This document shows positions 62,988-64,000 of a stretch of DNA of 64,000 nt, in pieces (position 1 is the stretch's first letter; every line of letters begins with the position of its first letter). This DNA comes from Octopus vulgaris (lineage: Eukaryota): positions 14,446,001 through 14,510,000 of the forward strand of contig OX597820.1 of NCBI GenBank assembly GCA_951406725.2, read 5' to 3'. The notes beneath the pieces were generated by a model. The model was not told the DNA's origin, did no database searches, and was given only the letters and a program-made list of their open reading frames with translations. The translations under genes and the position numbers were made by a program.

Positions 62988-64000
62988 GTCTATTACACAT
63001 TCCCCTCTCCTATTTTATTAATACTGCTACCCCAACTGCCACTACGAAGTTCCTGCAGTGAATCTATGGATAACAGCTGGTAATCAAAACTGTGCAGGTG
63101 GTAACTTATAAGAATATCTGAATGTGTGTGTGTGTGTGTACCGCTATGTTTTGACACGTGATGGCTGTAAACAAAGCATCACAGTCATGCAAGCAGTGTC
63201 GTCAATTTTCAATCTTCCATGAAAACATGTCCAGTCATGAGGAAGTATTATGAGGGTTGGCAACTGGAAGAGCATCCAGCTGCACAAAATTTGCACTAAT
63301 TAACATTATGCGAGCATGGAACCATCAGTGTTTCGGAATTTAAAAAAAACGGTAAATTACTGATACCATTTTTTTTATCTGAATTTGATTCCAATGCACA
63401 CATGTGTGTGTGTGTCTGTGTGTGGCTATCAATCTATGAAAGTTGCTCTGTGATACTAGTGAAGCTAAGTTCTGTGTCTATACATTATAATAACCAATTA
63501 TCTATTCTGTATGTCTGAAAAGTACTACATTAGAAGTCTTTTAAGATTAAACTTAAAACTTTAGTTCCTAACTTAGTATTCCCGTATAAAACAGGTTTTT
63601 ACTTCAGTATAATGACATGAATTTATAATACTCCTATATTGTTTTTTTAGAAAAAAAAAACCCAAAGAAAAACTATAATTATTTTAGTTTTGAAGTTTAG
63701 TGTATGTGTGTGTGTGAAGATGTGATTTTGAGAGATTGTTAGGAACAGAATAGTGTCGATGATGAAATATAGCACCTGAAGATGGTTGGAGAAAAGACCA
63801 ATTAAATACAGTATAAATCTTAAACATGAGAGTAGATGATTTTAATAGCCTAATAATTCATACTATTTTAACAGATTTATGCTCTATTGTTGTTGTTTTT
63901 TAGACTAATGAAGTAGTCCTCTGGTTTTTCACAAATGGTGATTAATGAGAAGATAACCCAAGAAAAAAAAAGCTATTTTGGTTAAGATTTTGTACAAGAT

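Overview
AT-rich, microsatellite-dense eukaryotic (metazoan) DNA. The repeat content suggests an octopus or other coleoid cephalopod, but this is inference only. No intact protein-coding exon could be supported; nearly all ORFs in the track are translations of (TA)n/(TG)n/(CAT)n/(AAT)n tracts or of SINEs. The window is mostly transposable elements. These include two abundant tRNA-derived SINE families (my labels A/A' and B), a hairpin-repeat retroposon with a (GAT)n tail (C) and a ~520-bp (AAT)n-tailed retroposon (I). There are also TTAA-flanked piggyBac-like MITEs, hAT and mariner MITEs, two non-autonomous Helitrons and two Helentron-like elements. Coding relics include a mariner transposase, a CR1/L2-type LINE end, a zinc-finger LINE end and a probable gypsy gag. 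A CpG-rich, TATA-containing, pyrimidine-skewed region at ~13.4-15.5 kb, followed by CpG-depleted DNA, suggests the 5' end and long intron(s) of a + strand gene that I cannot identify. The most notable observations are: recurrent fixed-junction SINE-A multimers whose junction is a self-complementary GAAATA-GG-TATTTC; a dimeric piggyBac MITE with a conserved spacer at two loci; a 115-bp-arm palindrome; two decayed minimal hammerhead ribozyme motifs; and several nested insertions with readable TSDs. No CRISPR or prokaryotic system is present.
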